Positions 25,151 through 39,130 of a DNA stretch of 64,000 nucleotides are shown here, in pieces. Position numbers and translations under genes: made by a program. The DNA lies in the NCBI GenBank assembly GCA_002633005.1, contig NMRA01000114.1, forward strand, positions 147,570 to 211,569. Direction: 5' to 3'. This DNA comes from Phoronis australis. Taxonomy: Eukaryota > Animalia > Phoronida. Each line of letters begins with the position of its first letter. The stretch's first letter is position 1. The notes below the pieces were generated by a model, which ran no database searches, had not been told where the DNA came from, and saw nothing but the letters and a program-made list of their open reading frames with translations.

Positions 25151-26000
25151 TATAGATCATTACATGGCGAAGTCGTCATCCCCCGTTATCTAGAGCCCGA
25201 TTGGATTTTGGAGAATTATCGCCCGAGGAGCGTTAGCCCCGAGGGTGATAATTCTCCAAAATCCACGAGGGCCCTAGATAAGGGGGATAACGACTGAGAA
25301 CATGTAATAAACTATTCATACCACCATAGATTATAGACAATGATACCACATACTAAACGAGAAACATTGCATTGAATGGATATACCTTTCTCGACTCGCC
25401 TCGGCTTTGTAACTACTTTCTATGTCAGAGGCCCGGAGTCGGAGGTCGTGACCTTTTAAGAAAAGCCGAGCTATTTTTGTCAAAAAATGCTTGTACTCGA
25501 AACCTATTGGAAATTTAAACAAAATAGAAATGAAGTGAATCTGTAAATTAAGGTTTAGCAACAATTATAGCTTACTACACATTTTATCACGCCAAGCTTC
25601 GACCGGGAAAATATCGTCTGCTAAAGTAGGTTACCACTAGTAACTGACTATAATACTCAAGTCAAAATGATCCCGCGACACGATACCTGCATTCAAATTG
25701 GAGATCGGTGATTTACAAGTGAGAGAACACGAGAGAAAAATTTCACGGAATTAAAATATCGTTTTTATGGAAATTATGCGTCATATTTTTCATAGCGTAT
25801 AAATGTCGATGCAATGTCCTTTGCTGAACATGCGATTGTTGCGCGTGCTCATTTAAGTATTCTATTTTCACGTTCGATGACGTCAGCCGCTGAGTGGTGT
25901 AGTGGTAAAGTCGGCGACTCGAAACTCTTGAGGCCCGGGTTCGAAAACGGCCTCGGTTTCCCAAAATGTTATCTCAATAGTGAGATAATTTCTTCAATAA
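25151..26000 (+). mobile_element. MITE-like composite element with a long palindromic left part (25155-25310). An internally deleted copy lies at 57470-57630
   Basis: tacatggcgaagtcgtcatcccccgttatctagagccc ... gggccctagataagggggataacgactgagaacatgta is an imperfect inverted repeat. 57470-57630 joins the same start directly to the 25870-25990 segment. Confidence 0.7.
25886..25960 (+). repeat. tRNA-derived (SINE-head-like) segment, second copy at about 57526-57600
   Basis: A-box-like TGGTGTAGTGGT and B-box-like GGTTCGAAA at tRNA-like spacing. The stems are degenerate. Confidence 0.65.
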
Positions 26001-27804
26001 CGTTTCCATTCAAGTCATTGTGAAAAACTAGCTTGATAAAGAAAACCTAGATTATATCCACCATTATTCGAACACGTACTGTTCAGAAACCCGTGGTGGA
26101 ACCCCAAGGCAGTGTTCTCTATGTATAACTCTTCACGAGGGCTTTAGGCCACGCTCATTTGACACAACTCGTAATTTTCCGTACCACGTTATTAAAACAT
26201 GTAAGTTAAGCTTTAGAAACGAATTCCCTGCAAATGGAAATTTTGTCTTTTCTTCACTAGCCTAAAATCATGCAGCCGTATATAGTGAGCAGTAATGTTC
26301 TTACCTGCTCAGTCAGTAACCACTGTTGCGTAAGCTGTATGAAACAATCCTTAGACGATGCTTTTATTTAAAGAATATAACCCCTCCTCCACTTTTTGAT
26401 TGACTGATACTTGGAGCATCAATCCTAATCTAGGAAGCACATTGTTTAACCAATCACACATCTCATTCATCATGAACGATTCAACATTTTCTCGACGTTA
26501 TGCTTTTCATCGCTTCGTAAAGTTTTCTAGAAGTTTGAACATGTCACCCAAGCGAGTACCTTTCTATTGCCAAACGCACATAAATTGGGCGGCGCAGCAC
26601 TGAAAAAAATGGGGACTAAATCCTCCCAGCCACCTTGTGGCGCACCGCCTAAAGACCTTGGGCCACGTAGCACTGAAAAAGTGGAGGGGCTATAGCCTCC
26701 CCGCCCACCCCCCTATGGTTCGCCGCACATTCTTAATTTTGCAGTCCTACAGTCTAAGCAGCGCTTGATAAGTTGGTCATGTTCTTAGAGTGGCTTATTG
26801 GGTTGGTCGTGTGGGAAATTGGGAACACCGAAATAATATGAATTCTGACATAAAACTTGAAAAATATGTCTTTTATCTGACCTTGTAAATATTGGGAAGA
26901 GTATAAAGCTTTGGTTTATTTATAGTCAAGATTGGTTGAGTTTCATCAGCTTTAGAAACACTCGATTTCAACCATAATTCAACTGAGATTTTTTTTCCAA
27001 TCAGCGAGCTGCTAGGACAAGTGTGTGGTTCGAATTGTGTAAACTGGACAATCTCACAAGAATCTTTAATACAATCAACAGGACATGCGATGGAGACGAT
27101 TGCAAATATGGCAGTGACTATCCACAGATCATCGAACTTTGGAGCGATAGCCCATTTTATTTTGTTTCAGTTTATTTTCAAAGTATGGTTAACCCTCCAA
27201 GGTTTTAGCACACTCTGGTATTACTATATGGAGTAATGGTTACGGTAGCGTCGCACTTTGATAGACGAACATTTTATTGAACGAGCTGGCGTTTGGCGGC
27301 CGTTCAACTATCCGCGCGTATTCCTTCCGGAATGGTGTGCAATTGATTAATCGGAAATAAGGATTTTAAAAATCGTTTGATACTATGAGGCAGCATGACA
27401 AAAATGATATGTCGTTTACCGGGCACGTTGTGTGTTGTAGCTAGTCACATTCTATCGCAAGTTATGTAAGGACTCGGCTTGCCAACGTTAGTTCCTCGCA
27501 AGAGGATCGGGTGAGTTTTTAATTTGTATTACTCTGTTATCGAAATCTCTTGGAAATTTTAGTTTATCGAAGATTCCGCCAATTTTAAAAAGTTGCAAAT
27601 ATATACAATCAGATAAAATATTACTTCAAGTCATTTCCCGACTGAATAGATGTATTTCCGTCTGAGTTTGTAATTATGTGAGCTCACTCACTTATAAGCA
27701 CGCCTGATTTGAAAGTTCGGTAAGAGGTAACCTGAGAACGTTCTCTTTCTTATCACGGGCCGCTCTGGTTACAATGTAGCGTGTAAGTACGCTCTCAATC
27801 AAGA

Positions 27805-27985
27805 ACAAGACTTCGCTCGTGTTTTGTGACCGAAATCATTCGCCCCTAATTACTCTCGTGATCACGACCGAGACTTTGTTCGTGGTCACGACCGAGACTT
27901 CGCTCGTGTTTTACCACCGTAGTCGTTCGTTAATAGTTAAGCTCGTGATTACGACCAAGACTCCGTGTGTTACGACCGAAATTTC
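27805..27985. repeat. Short degenerate tandem repeat, unit about 23 bp (gtgatcacgaccgagacttcgctc)
   Basis: Several adjacent units, plus one inverted unit at about 30187-30211. Confidence 0.7.
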
Positions 27986-28259
27986 TATATCCAATAAAGT
28001 AGTTTGTAGGTTACATGGGCTCTAAAAAAGTTTTACGCTCGCATTTTTCACTTGTAATTCGAGCAAGTAGTCATTTTATCCCATAGGCTTTGAACCAGTC
28101 GAGTGCATACTGCCATGTAATAATGTTTTCCGTATTCACCTTCCATGCTACTTCTACAGTAACTTCTGATATGGAAAGTTCAAAAATGTAGGCCAATGTC
28201 AACTCGACGTCGACCTTCGGTCTCAGACGAAACGCTGAATAATGTCTCTTGGGATTTTT

Positions 28260-29225
28260 CTTCTTATCCCATATATATAAAAATATGGCCATTGTATATG
28301 TGACGTATTCAATTGTGATATACGGGAAAGTAGAGCCAATCTGTATATCGTGGTAGAAGCCGTATTCAACGGTAGAACCTGTATTTCACGGTTGGTGTGC
28401 AGTCTGCTGGTGGAGTAAATTCACGTGCACAACCCCAATTTTTATTGTGCTCTATCATTTCGGTTACCTAAATCATTAATTCAAGGCATTGTTACTGCTC
28501 TAAAAACAGAAAACATTTAACGATGAAAATTGTGACGCACGGAGATCAGGCGGCTTTTATAGGGCCTCGCTGAAGTTTCAATCTGAGTATCACATATGTA
28601 AATATATCAAACTGAGTAACGTCACCGGCTAGTAAAATTTGCCAAACTCTAATTCAAATTCAACGTTTCGTTATGGATGCATACAATATATCTATCCTGG
28701 AATCTAAGGTCTTTACAGGAAATCAAGACCTAATAATGAGTATGTGTTTTTACTGAAGCAATCGTCTGCTCGCAGCGTTCAACTCACAGTCGCCGGCCGT
28801 GGGGTAAAACGTTTGCTTTGCGATAGTCCTTACCTCAAGTTCTGCATATCAGCACAATTTCTGCTGTTATTTTCCAATGCTGTGATCAACACGAGGAAAT
28901 GCTTCTATTGCTATGTACAGTCCAGAAGCTAAGACATGAAAATAGACCAAGAAAACTAAGAAATTCATCGAAACTGACAACAAGTTGCTGCAGACTCAGT
29001 TCGGGGAATGTTTCAAACGTTATATTCCCGGACGGATTTTTTTAAGTTTCCGACAAACTTTTGATATAATTGAATGGTTCAATGCTTTAACTTGTATACT
29101 TCACAATCGAAACATTCCGATGAATTTATTACGAAATAAAATTTTACTGATTATTCAACACTTTCACAGATTGTCTTGTAGCTTAACCTGTTTTGGTACC
29201 GTATTGCCATACCTGTGACGTCATG
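28260..29225. repeat. Interspersed repeat of about 0.95 kb with an inverted copy at 57930-58815 in the gene B intron
   Basis: tatcccatatatataaaaatatggccattgtatatgtgacgtattcaattg matches the reverse complement at 58760-58813. Colinear inverted similarity throughout. Confidence 0.85.
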
Positions 29226-30779
29226 TAGAAACAAGCCGTATCACACTCCAGCAAAGTATTGCCACGGTGGTTCAAATCTCTCTGGGACATTCCTAGATGA
29301 AATGAATTCTTGATAGGATATGACAATAGTATTCCTATGCATGTGTGATAACCTATACATGTACGCTACTCTCGGTACGTTTTGTATATACATTTAAGTT
29401 CGAGTCCACGAGACCACCAGTCGTTAAATTAATAATCTTTTGACATTGTTTTTGTGATGCAAATGGTTTGTTATTAGAATGTCTTGAATAAAGAGTGTCG
29501 TGAGTGAATGAACACCAACATTTAGAGTTTCTACTGCATAACCCCCTAAAACAGTTATGAACCAGTGTTTTTTCAAATGTGATATGTCATCTGCAAAGTA
29601 AGAGAATGAAACCTAAATGCATGAAAAAGCATGGTTATTTTAACAAATAGTATAAAAGTGTCAGACAACCTGCTAGATATGCATTTAAACATATCAATAT
29701 GTACTAAAACGAACCACCTTAAGATGCCTGGGATTGTCAGGGCAGCAAATAAAAGCATTTCATTCGGTCTTTAACAAAAATTAACTCCGAAACTAAAAGA
29801 GGCAATCCAGATCCTCTAAAGGATACAAATGTCTGTACAAAAGTACATATGTAGAATAAATGTACGTAAATAAAACAACAAGAATGGATCACTGAAATTC
29901 TCGGATGTAATAACATCCTTGACAATTGTCATCAAGTGATTCATTTTCTTGTTTTATTTGCGTATATTTAGTCAGTCTTTGATGTTGTTGACCTTTTGAA
30001 ATTGTGCAGTTTGCACATGAGATCATATTTTATGAATATTTCATAACACGTGAAATTACGAACGTGTAACTACGAACGAAAACTATGAGTGCAAAATTAC
30101 GAGTGTGCAACTGCTTCAGAGCTCAAGTACCCAACAAACCAATTTCTCATTAGATATAATGATTTCGGTGGTAAAATACACTGTACAAGCGAAGTCTCGG
30201 TCGTAATTACGCGCGATACTTTCACCCGTTCGGCCTGCGATATTATTGTGGACCACATTACATTCGAATTTGAGCTCCTTTCTTTGCCTACAACCGTTAC
30301 GGCATCCTGACGTCTGGTATTGAGAATTTCGTCTTATCTCAAGAACGTAGAGCTGAGAGCCTCCTTATTAAGCTGTGTCAAAGGCCATACTGAGAAATCT
30401 ACAGTCTGTGTCGACGTTTGCAAAATATCAAAGGTCCACCGTTACAGAAATTCTAACTCCCCCTCGCAATGCTGGCTACGAGTTTGTAATAGTATTTCTC
30501 TAGAAGATCGTTACTAGGGGTTGTTGATAAAGAATACGCACATGTCGAACAGACTGTTAGGACTACGATTTATGATGACCGTGCACATGTCGAATGGGAA
30601 TACTTAAAAATTAGTCACTCGCAATCATAAACAAAGATTTTAGAGTTGTTTTGGGTTCAAGTTTAACTCCTTAATCGCTGTGGGTACCTCTAAAATGAAC
30701 AAAAATACACCTTACAACCAATGCCCCATCTCGTGAGCATGCCTGTGGAAATTGCTTATAGCATTCTGTTTTGATAAAA

Positions 30780-32290
30780 AAATTCATCGGTTTCTGACTT
30801 ACGTGCTTATGTATCTTCGAAAGTTGACAAATTTATAGATTTTTTTGACAATTAGAAGCTAATTTTGTAAGAATTAATGATGCTTCACTGAATTTAATTG
30901 CAGGCGGAAGCTGGAAAAATCTCTATAATCCGGTCTCCAAATAATCAATTACACGTCTTTTGCTTATATCTAAAATAACTCTCAAAGACATAAACGAATT
31001 TCGACACTTCCCAAAAATACGCTTCCAATTCAAATGACAATAGTTGCATAGCTTTTAGGCTTAGGTACAACATTTGTCGTTTAAACTCACAAAAGGTGGT
31101 CAAAAAGGAATAAAGTCATTAAATCGAGGTAAAAGCATTGCTCATGGAATTGATTTTAGGTTTCTGATTTAATTCCTTATGTAATCTTCGAAGATCGAAT
31201 TATTGATAGATGATTTTTGACAATTAGAAGGTAATATTGTAAAAAATTACATTGCTTTACTAAACTTAGTAACAGGCTGACACTATTATCAGGTCCCTAA
31301 AATAGCAAACTATACTTAACGGTTTTTGTAAATCTGAAATAAATCTCATGGACATTGATGAATGTCGGATAGATCTACAAGTGTCTCAAAATGTTCTCAC
31401 GTATCAAATGACATTGAATTGTTAACTGACTAAGGAATTAGATTAGTGGTTTAAACTGTAGATTTAAAAAGAAATTTAAGTCATTCAATAAATAACTCAT
31501 TCCTCATTAACTTGGAAAGGTTTTCTTTGCGCTTCCTTAATGTTTTTAGTTTCTAGAAGTGTTGCACAATGAATTGTTGTTCTCCAAACTGCAATTTTCA
31601 TGCTTACTACACAGACAGAGCACGTCATGACTGTCGCACTGGCGTTACAAATAAGGTGCAATCATGCAATAGGCCTGCGCAGAATCTCAGCCTTCCACGT
31701 CAACTGAATTTTAACTTCAAGCGTTAAGTGTGTACATTTTTGGGAAGCACTCTGTATCATTTTCTCCAGCCACCAGAAACTGGACTACCACCCATTTTTC
31801 AACAACGGATTTTAAAACAGCCCCAAAGGCATTATACCAGGGACATCATCTTTTACAAAAAATCCTTCAACGAGTGATCATAATAAAATGAACTTTTCCC
31901 GAAACTGGATCATAATCAGACGAATTTTGACTTCAGACCCAGCGCAGACGGATAGGTACGTACGAGCTAAGCTGCCAGTCTCAAGTGAATCATAGCTGAG
32001 CTGACAAGCGACTAGCTTTATTTCATCGAATTTCATTTTTTTTACATTTACATCTCAGCTGCAGTTACTTGAAGCAACTCCCAGCTACTCGTCCATAAGC
32101 TTGCCCTAGGCCCATTCTTTCTCTCCGTGAAACCTTGTTCGTTCACGGTTACATAAATCCTGATGGCTGCATCCTTGGGATTGCACCTCACCAATGGCGG
32201 ATTCGGTACAAATATGGAGGCATCCAGAAAGCGAGGAGGATTAGGGGACAGAAGTGATAGGAAAGGGGCGTCAGATGGCACAGTCGAATT
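30780..32290. repeat. Diverged local duplication, unit 1 (internal repeat period about 370 bp)
   Basis: Matches 33710-35105. The motif ttttgacaattagaagctaat..tgtaagaatt recurs at about 30840, 31215, 33760 and 34280. Confidence 0.85.
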
Positions 32291-33709
32291 GATTTGTACC
32301 CCTAATAATTGTTTGCCTTCGTACGGACCGTAGGAAGCGGAGGACAGAGGTGCACGTGCCCATCCCCAAAATCTGGCTTAAGCTGGGTTGCAACCGACAT
32401 AGGAGTGGGAGAGGTGACAGTCTAGGAAAGAAAGACTGCTAATAAGGAGAAGACGGGAAATTCAAGGGAAAATTTGACAACTCAGTATCAGTGCATAGTT
32501 TACCCTTTGAGGAGACTGGCCAAGATATTGGTGTTGGGCTGGGTCTCCGTTTCTTCAGTATAGGTCCACTAAACACACCTGAAAACGCGCACCTAATCAT
32601 TCATACATATATTTCGAAATTTCGAGAAAATTGTAAATTCAATAAGACAATTTTGAGAATGCAAACTATATTTTTCCAAAGGCCCCTCTCTGGCAAAGGA
32701 TGACAGTGACAATTGTAGCAGTATTTTTTTCTCAAAATTGTATATTACTTGAGAAAAATTATTGACCTGACACATAACATCAATTGCTGCGCGCTCTCTG
32801 ATCTATGAAAATATTTATCTTTTCGCATATAGGGGCCCAGCCTACAAAGGGGGCCACTGATGACATACAAGTGGCCACCCGTTTCGTCTTTTTATTGATA
32901 AATTCTGAAAGAGCGGCTCACGGAGAGAGGGCCTAATGTTGGAATCAGTTTCCGTCTTTCATGTTGAGTAACTTCACTTCTTGCGGCGCCACACGGCGAT
33001 GCAATGAGCTATTACATGTTTAGCCTTCTATCTTAATGTGTCCGACCACGGACGGGACCCTATCTCGGTGATTCGGTTGGGGCAATTGTCCCTTTGTCTC
33101 TCAATACATGTGAATTTTACAATGCCAAGTACTCACGAGGGGAAGCTGAGATTCCAAATTTATCAAAAAACAAAACATTCATTCACGGCACAGCAGTATT
33201 AATACATTCGACTCAAACAACCAAAAGTGTGAAAATACAATGGCAAGTGGCCGCCATCTTAAAGGTAGAATTTTTAAGTAAATGAAGACCAATACATGTA
33301 AATTACACTAAAGGATTTTTTCCGATTGGTTGTTTACCAGATATAAAATATTACTTTATCCCAAAGTATCACAAGTACAATATTTCTTTTGAAGATCGTT
33401 ACTTACGTGTCGGAGTTGTTTGTAAAGAATTCGCACAGGTCGAAAAGATAGCCGGGGCAACGATTTGTGATGATCTTTACCTTTCGTATGGGGGTACTCA
33501 AAGTGCTTGCAAACATATACAACGTTTACAGCGTTTTTAGAGTTCATCTTTAATTCGTGAATTGTTATAGGTACCTCTGAAATGAGCAACAATTCACCTA
33601 CATACGAATATCCCTTTTCCCATGTTTCTCCGGTTACCTGCGTCAAAAATCTGAGAGCAATCCCGCGGAACTTCCTTACAACATTCCGTTTTCATCCACA
33701 AATTTGTTG

Positions 33710-35105
33710 GTTTAGATGTTTATGTATCTACGAAAGTTAACAGCTTCGTAGAATAGTTTGACAATTAGTAGCTAATCTTGTAAGAATTGGTGATGTTTCA
33801 GAGAACTTAAGGGGAACTTGAATAAGTCGATCCCTGAATAGTATTATACCGTAAACGTTCGGGTTAACGCCCATGCTCAGTTAACCGCCCACCCCCTACT
33901 TTAGGTGGATTTTCGATTTAACCGCCCACTGCTCGGTTAACTGCCCTCCCCCGATTTTTCTGATTCGCCAATTTAACCGCCCAGGGCGTTAACCTGAACG
34001 ATTACGGTAGTACAATTAGACGATTTTTGTCTATCTAAAACAAGTCTCAAGGACTTTGGTGAAATTCGGACAGTTCCCAAAATATACTCACAATTCAAAT
34101 GACAATGAAGTCATTGCTTTTTGACTTGGGTACGAGATTTGTCGTTATAACTCACAAACAGAAAGTCAAAGAGCAATGCAGTCCTTAAATCAATGTAAAC
34201 GCACTGTTCATGGAATCCATTTTTGGTTTAAGATTTACATGTTTATATATCTACGAGAATCAAATGATTGAGAGATGATTTTTGACAATTAGAAGCTAAT
34301 CTTGTAAGAAATTACGATGCTTCTATGAACTTAGTTGCAGGCTGACATTGGGAAAATTCGATATATCATCAGATCCCAAATATCAAAGTATACAAAGAAT
34401 TTAACCCATAATTCAAATGGAAATAGATTGTTAAATGACTTAGGAACTAGATTAGTAGTTTAAAATCACAAAACGTAGGTCGAAAAGGAAGTTTTTAAAA
34501 GACCTTAAATAAGTAAATTAAAATCCACTGTTCATTAACTTTATGTTGTTAGCTTCCAGTAGTATTGCTTGCATTTCCCTTGCATACTACACAGACGGAG
34601 CAGGTGATGACTGGCGCGCCCAAGGTTAAAATACGGTTCAACAATGTAGTGGGCCCGAGCAGAATCTTCTTGATCCCAGGAACTCAATTTGAACTCTAGG
34701 CTTTGAAGTGTGTATATTTTTGGGACACACTCTGTATCATATTCCCCAGCCACCAGAAACTGGACTACGGGCCATGTATCAAGAAGGGATTTGGAAACAG
34801 CCCCAAAGGGACCTCACTTTTATTAAAAAAAAACATTCAAAGAATGACCACAAAAATATAAACTTTCCTCGAAACTGGATCGTAATAAAACAAATCTTGA
34901 CCTCAGAGGAAGCTCCCAACTACTCGTCAGTGCGCTGGCCCCCAGTCCATTCTTTAACTCTTTGTGAAACCTTGTTGGTTCTCGGTTTCTCAAATCCTGA
35001 TGGCTGCATTCTCGGGACTGCACCCCCGCCTATGGCGGCATTCAGAGAATGGAGGAAGGGCGTTTGGAGGGCTGAGGTGGTGGTGATAGGAAAGGGGTAG
35101 TCAAA
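33710..35105. repeat. Diverged local duplication, unit 2
   Basis: For example cactctgtatcat..ccagccaccagaaactggactac is shared at 31748 and 34728. Confidence 0.85.
33849..34007. mobile_element. Tc1/mariner (pogo-like) MITE
   Basis: TA-CCGTAAACGTTCGGGTTAACGCCC ... GGGCGTTAACCTGAACGATTACGG-TA. Absent from the paralogous unit at about 30940. Confidence 0.85.
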
Positions 35106-35305
35106 GTTTGAAAACAGTCCTGCATGTCATTAATGTTCAACAAATTTTTGATACCGTCTATCCAACCATTTCTACAAGGAGCAGAGTACTCCTATGGAAT
35201 TTACTGTCATTAAAAATCTTCGCAACTACTCCGTTTTTCAACTGGAATTGCATCAGAGCCAAACTATTACAAAACCCTTACCAGAAACAAAATTTAATAA
35301 TTTAA

Positions 35306-37028
35306 AGGAGAATGCCAACCAAAAAAACAACCTATTTTGTATCAATTTAGATCTAGTAGTTCTACTCCATAACGGCACGTTCGGTTGCGTTACCTAACAC
35401 CTGACGGCAGACGGAGGTGTTGAAATTGTCCAATGACGTAGTTGGTTTCACACGCAGCCTGTTCAGCAGTTCAAAACACGGGTCAATGGTGTCAGTTTAT
35501 CGCGTGAATTCTTTGTTTAACACCAATAAATCATCAAACGTCGATGTAAAACCTTTAAAAATACACCGAGTTCTTATAAAAACGAGTTGTTTTATTTTCC
35601 TGTTACGGATTTACTGGTATTTGGACACACTGTAGCCTACAAATTTCGGCAGACCAATTTACCAAGGTCCGCAGCAGGAGTTTGGGGTATGTTCGGAGAT
35701 AAATTCAAATTATTCTTCCGTGAAATACAGACAGGAGAATCTAGATCTGTGTTGTTTATACTTGTGATTTTTTAAGCTCTAAACACACAAAACCCTTGCT
35801 CTCCCGGCCAGTAGCTCGGAACCCGAACAGGCCCGGCGTCGCTGCCGGACTGACTCGTTGGTCGGCCAGTGGCTCGGAACCCGATCAGTCCCGTCGCGGC
35901 CGCCGGGACTGGCACGAACATAAACCAGCTTGAGTTGGAAACTAAACCTTCAGTCACGAAAAGACTAAAATAATGAGCCAAAGAAATAATGTACACGTAA
36001 TTATTGATGTGAAATAGCCACGAAACTGAACATCTACTGACTTGTCGGGGGCCGCGAAGTCGGGTTCCCCTTCCACAGACCGTCATGGCAAAGGTTGTAC
36101 AGTAACAATGATTTTGAATAATGTATTTGTATTTCAAAATAAAGATTCCCCTAACATGTGACCATAGCATATAAAATCGAGTACTTGTTTCACAACAGCT
36201 TTCTGTCAGCGAACACTGAATTAGCATGCGCTCACACGGCCTCGTTGCCCGGTCAATTACGTTTATTGCCGGCATCAAAAGCCGATAACCCATTGGTTTA
36301 TTCATTGCTGCTCAACATTTGCACTCACGAATACTGCAAAGGCATTACAAATTGTATCTAATGAGACAGACTTTATTTCAGTTTTATGTAAGCATTGGTT
36401 AAGATGAGAAAAATTCATTTTGAAACATAACGCAGAATAATAAATGTCTACATGGCAACTCACCCGGCGCCAATCCCGACTTCGTTAGTCAAGAGCTCAT
36501 CCGACGAAGACTTAACGGGTCGGATCGTTAGGTTTCACAGGCTATCAATTCCAACCGGAATACACTGTTCGAAAAATACTAGAATGGCGCCGTGAACATC
36601 CATAGGAAACGGAACGTATGGATAGTTCTTTGGTAAGCCGGAATTTGTCAGATAAATCACTGTCGGCGAAATGCCGGTCACAGACACGGAGATGTTTCAC
36701 GGTCCCATACTTGCTATTAACAGCGTACGTTTCATTCTTCACCACCGCGAGCCGTTTCCTAAGCATTTCGGGCTCTCGAGGAAATCGAAGAAATGATATA
36801 CCCGCTTTCTTCGCAGCTTCGTAGTTCGGACAAGCGGGAACGATGCACCGCTATATAGCGGCATTCACTCTGCAGACGAACCATTGACGTCGCTACGTCG
36901 TTTCTCACCTTCCTCACAGGTTAACGCGACACCTCTTGGCAAAGTGAGGTCGACCGTATAAGAGGCAATGTGGATATAGGCCGATTAAGACGGTAAAAAA
37001 GACTAATTAAATCTGGTGGCATTCTCCT
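35306..37028 (-). mobile_element. Kolobok-like deletion derivative carrying a decayed THAP domain
   Basis: TTAA-AGGAGAATGCCA ... TGGCATTCTCCT-TTAA. Minus-strand 36600-36850 translates to RCIVPACPNY..ISFLRFPREPEMLRKRL..HLRVCDRHFADSD, a THAP C2CH pattern. Confidence 0.85.
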
Positions 37029-38479
37029 TTAATTCATAAGAATTATCATTAAAAATACGTTTTGTTGTCAAAACCAAGAGTGCTATCAAAATGCTATAAA
37101 TAACAGCGTACGCAACCTAAAAAGGATATGAAATAGAGAGGTTATATGAATAACCAGCTTAAGTGGATCATGGATCTTACATGCTAATGTCTTTTTCAGT
37201 GATTGCTTGTTCAAACTAGTTAGGAACACAACATATAACGACGATGTGAGTATGAAGTAAGTTGAAAAATGATAAATGTTTTAAGAACGATATTTGTGTC
37301 GAAAATGATCTGCCTTAAATCACTCCATCGTGTCCAGTAAGTATCGTGACGTGTTGTTTGGAAAAAACACTGGTTGATGCGGGTATTTTCCCCCACGGTA
37401 CATCATAAGAGCAACCCACCTGTTTGCAGATTTTTTGTTTTCACATTTACAAGTTGCTAATGAATACATCTGCACTTTGTTCAGAGGAGATTATGCTCAA
37501 ATGACATCGTCGTTTAGTTGCAGCTATGTATTAGCATAGTTAGGAGCAGTTAAATATATCTTTACGCCACTAGGGAAATTATTTCAATGATTCAAAAGAG
37601 TTCTACCATATAAAGGCAAACGTTTTTAAATGTGGAATTTAGTCTGATATTCATCCAACTTTATATATCTTTATATATTAATTGGACCTTTGGTGCTTTT
37701 CGATACTGTTCTTCAGTAAAACTTCAGGACGGAGTAACATATGACAAAATGCGATAAACTAATTACTATTTATCCGGAATTTGCACATAAAGACATTGTT
37801 GTGGGTAAAAAATTAGCAAACATCTGTTGTGCAGTTTCGAAACGTACTTTTGATAATAGATCAGTACATAGCCTGCAGTCGAGGACTTTTACGTAAACAA
37901 GAGACAATGGAACACATCATTACGATTGTAATGTTACTAAAAAGTAGGCTTTGGAAAATAAGCATATTCACAGTCATAAGAGAGACAAATGAACACTTGT
38001 TCCATAGTTGTCAACATTCGATAATGAAAAATATACAACTGAATTGAAAAGCGGAATTTCCGGATCTGGGTCTATGCCAGAACGCAAATGTTTGCCGCAA
38101 CAAACAAAAAACTCCCTTCAGTCTTTTCGTCGAACGGCGATTTTTTATTTTTGTAAATGGAATGTACAATTGCAGGTGCATTAAAAACTCATGAAACGAC
38201 CCGTTTATATTTTTAGTTGAGCGTGAAGTTGTGCTATGTCGCGTGGGAAATTACAGTAGCATATGATAATAAGTTATTGTTGCCGTTGGTCAAAAAGCAG
38301 GACATTTCCATTGTCAGGAGACATGGCGAGAAAAAGTTCAAAAAGTGGTGTCGTCCTCCAAGAGCGGGACAATAGGCAAATACAATGTCCACACAAAGTA
38401 TTGGATTTGATTTTTACTATGTAAATTTTTCATTTTTAATATTAACTCACAATATATAAGATACATTCCATGTTCTGAA

Positions 38480-39130
38480 CTCTTTACTTGTCGCTATAGG
38501 GTCATCTACTAGATAAAAATTGATACATCCAATATATAAGATGAACATCGATTTCATATACTGGCCGCTAGATCCTCACGCGCAAGACTTTCCCATTATT
38601 AAATCACGATACATCGGATACATTTCATACATACATTCTGATCTCCTAACTTGGCAGTGGAGTCTACCAAATAACTCCTGATATATCGAATACATGGTGT
38701 ATTGACTACCTTATTGGCCAATAGGCACGCATGACCTCCTCTTTATTGACTCACGATATATCGGATACAGGTACAATCTGGTTTTTTTACTTGCCACTAT
38801 GGGCGCCAATTCTAACTCATGATATATCGAATATATTCGATGCATCCCTCTCATTGCCCGCTAGGCTCGCATGCAAGACCTTCGTTTTATAAACTCATGA
38901 TCTTTCGGATACATTCCATAGCTCTAAACTCTATACTTGCCTCCAGGGTCACCTATTCTACCACATAACACAGTATACCGTATGCATTGCCCTTATTGGC
39001 AGCTAGGCTCGCACCCTAGACATGGGATACGTTTCATATTCTGAACTTGCCATTACGGTCGTCTAACAGAGATTTTACCAAATAACTGATGATCGGATAA
39101 ATTCAATGCATTGAGTCCCTTATTAAGACT
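38480..39130. repeat. Degenerate minisatellite, period about 58-60 bp
   Basis: Recurrent gatatatcggatacat motif, with ttattggcc..taggctcgc and ttacttgcc..atggg sub-variants. Confidence 0.75.

Noticed and set aside
25886-25960. Functional tRNA gene
   Set aside because: Acceptor and anticodon stems do not pair convincingly, and the segment is embedded in a repeated element.
26770-27240. Possible LINE reverse transcriptase or other coding relic
   Set aside because: Only a faint resemblance (ALVYL*SRLVEF), with no diagnostic RT motifs found.
35772-36305. 177-aa ORF, the longest in the track
   Set aside because: It lies inside the Kolobok-like element, has no recognisable motif and is not kept open in the second copy.
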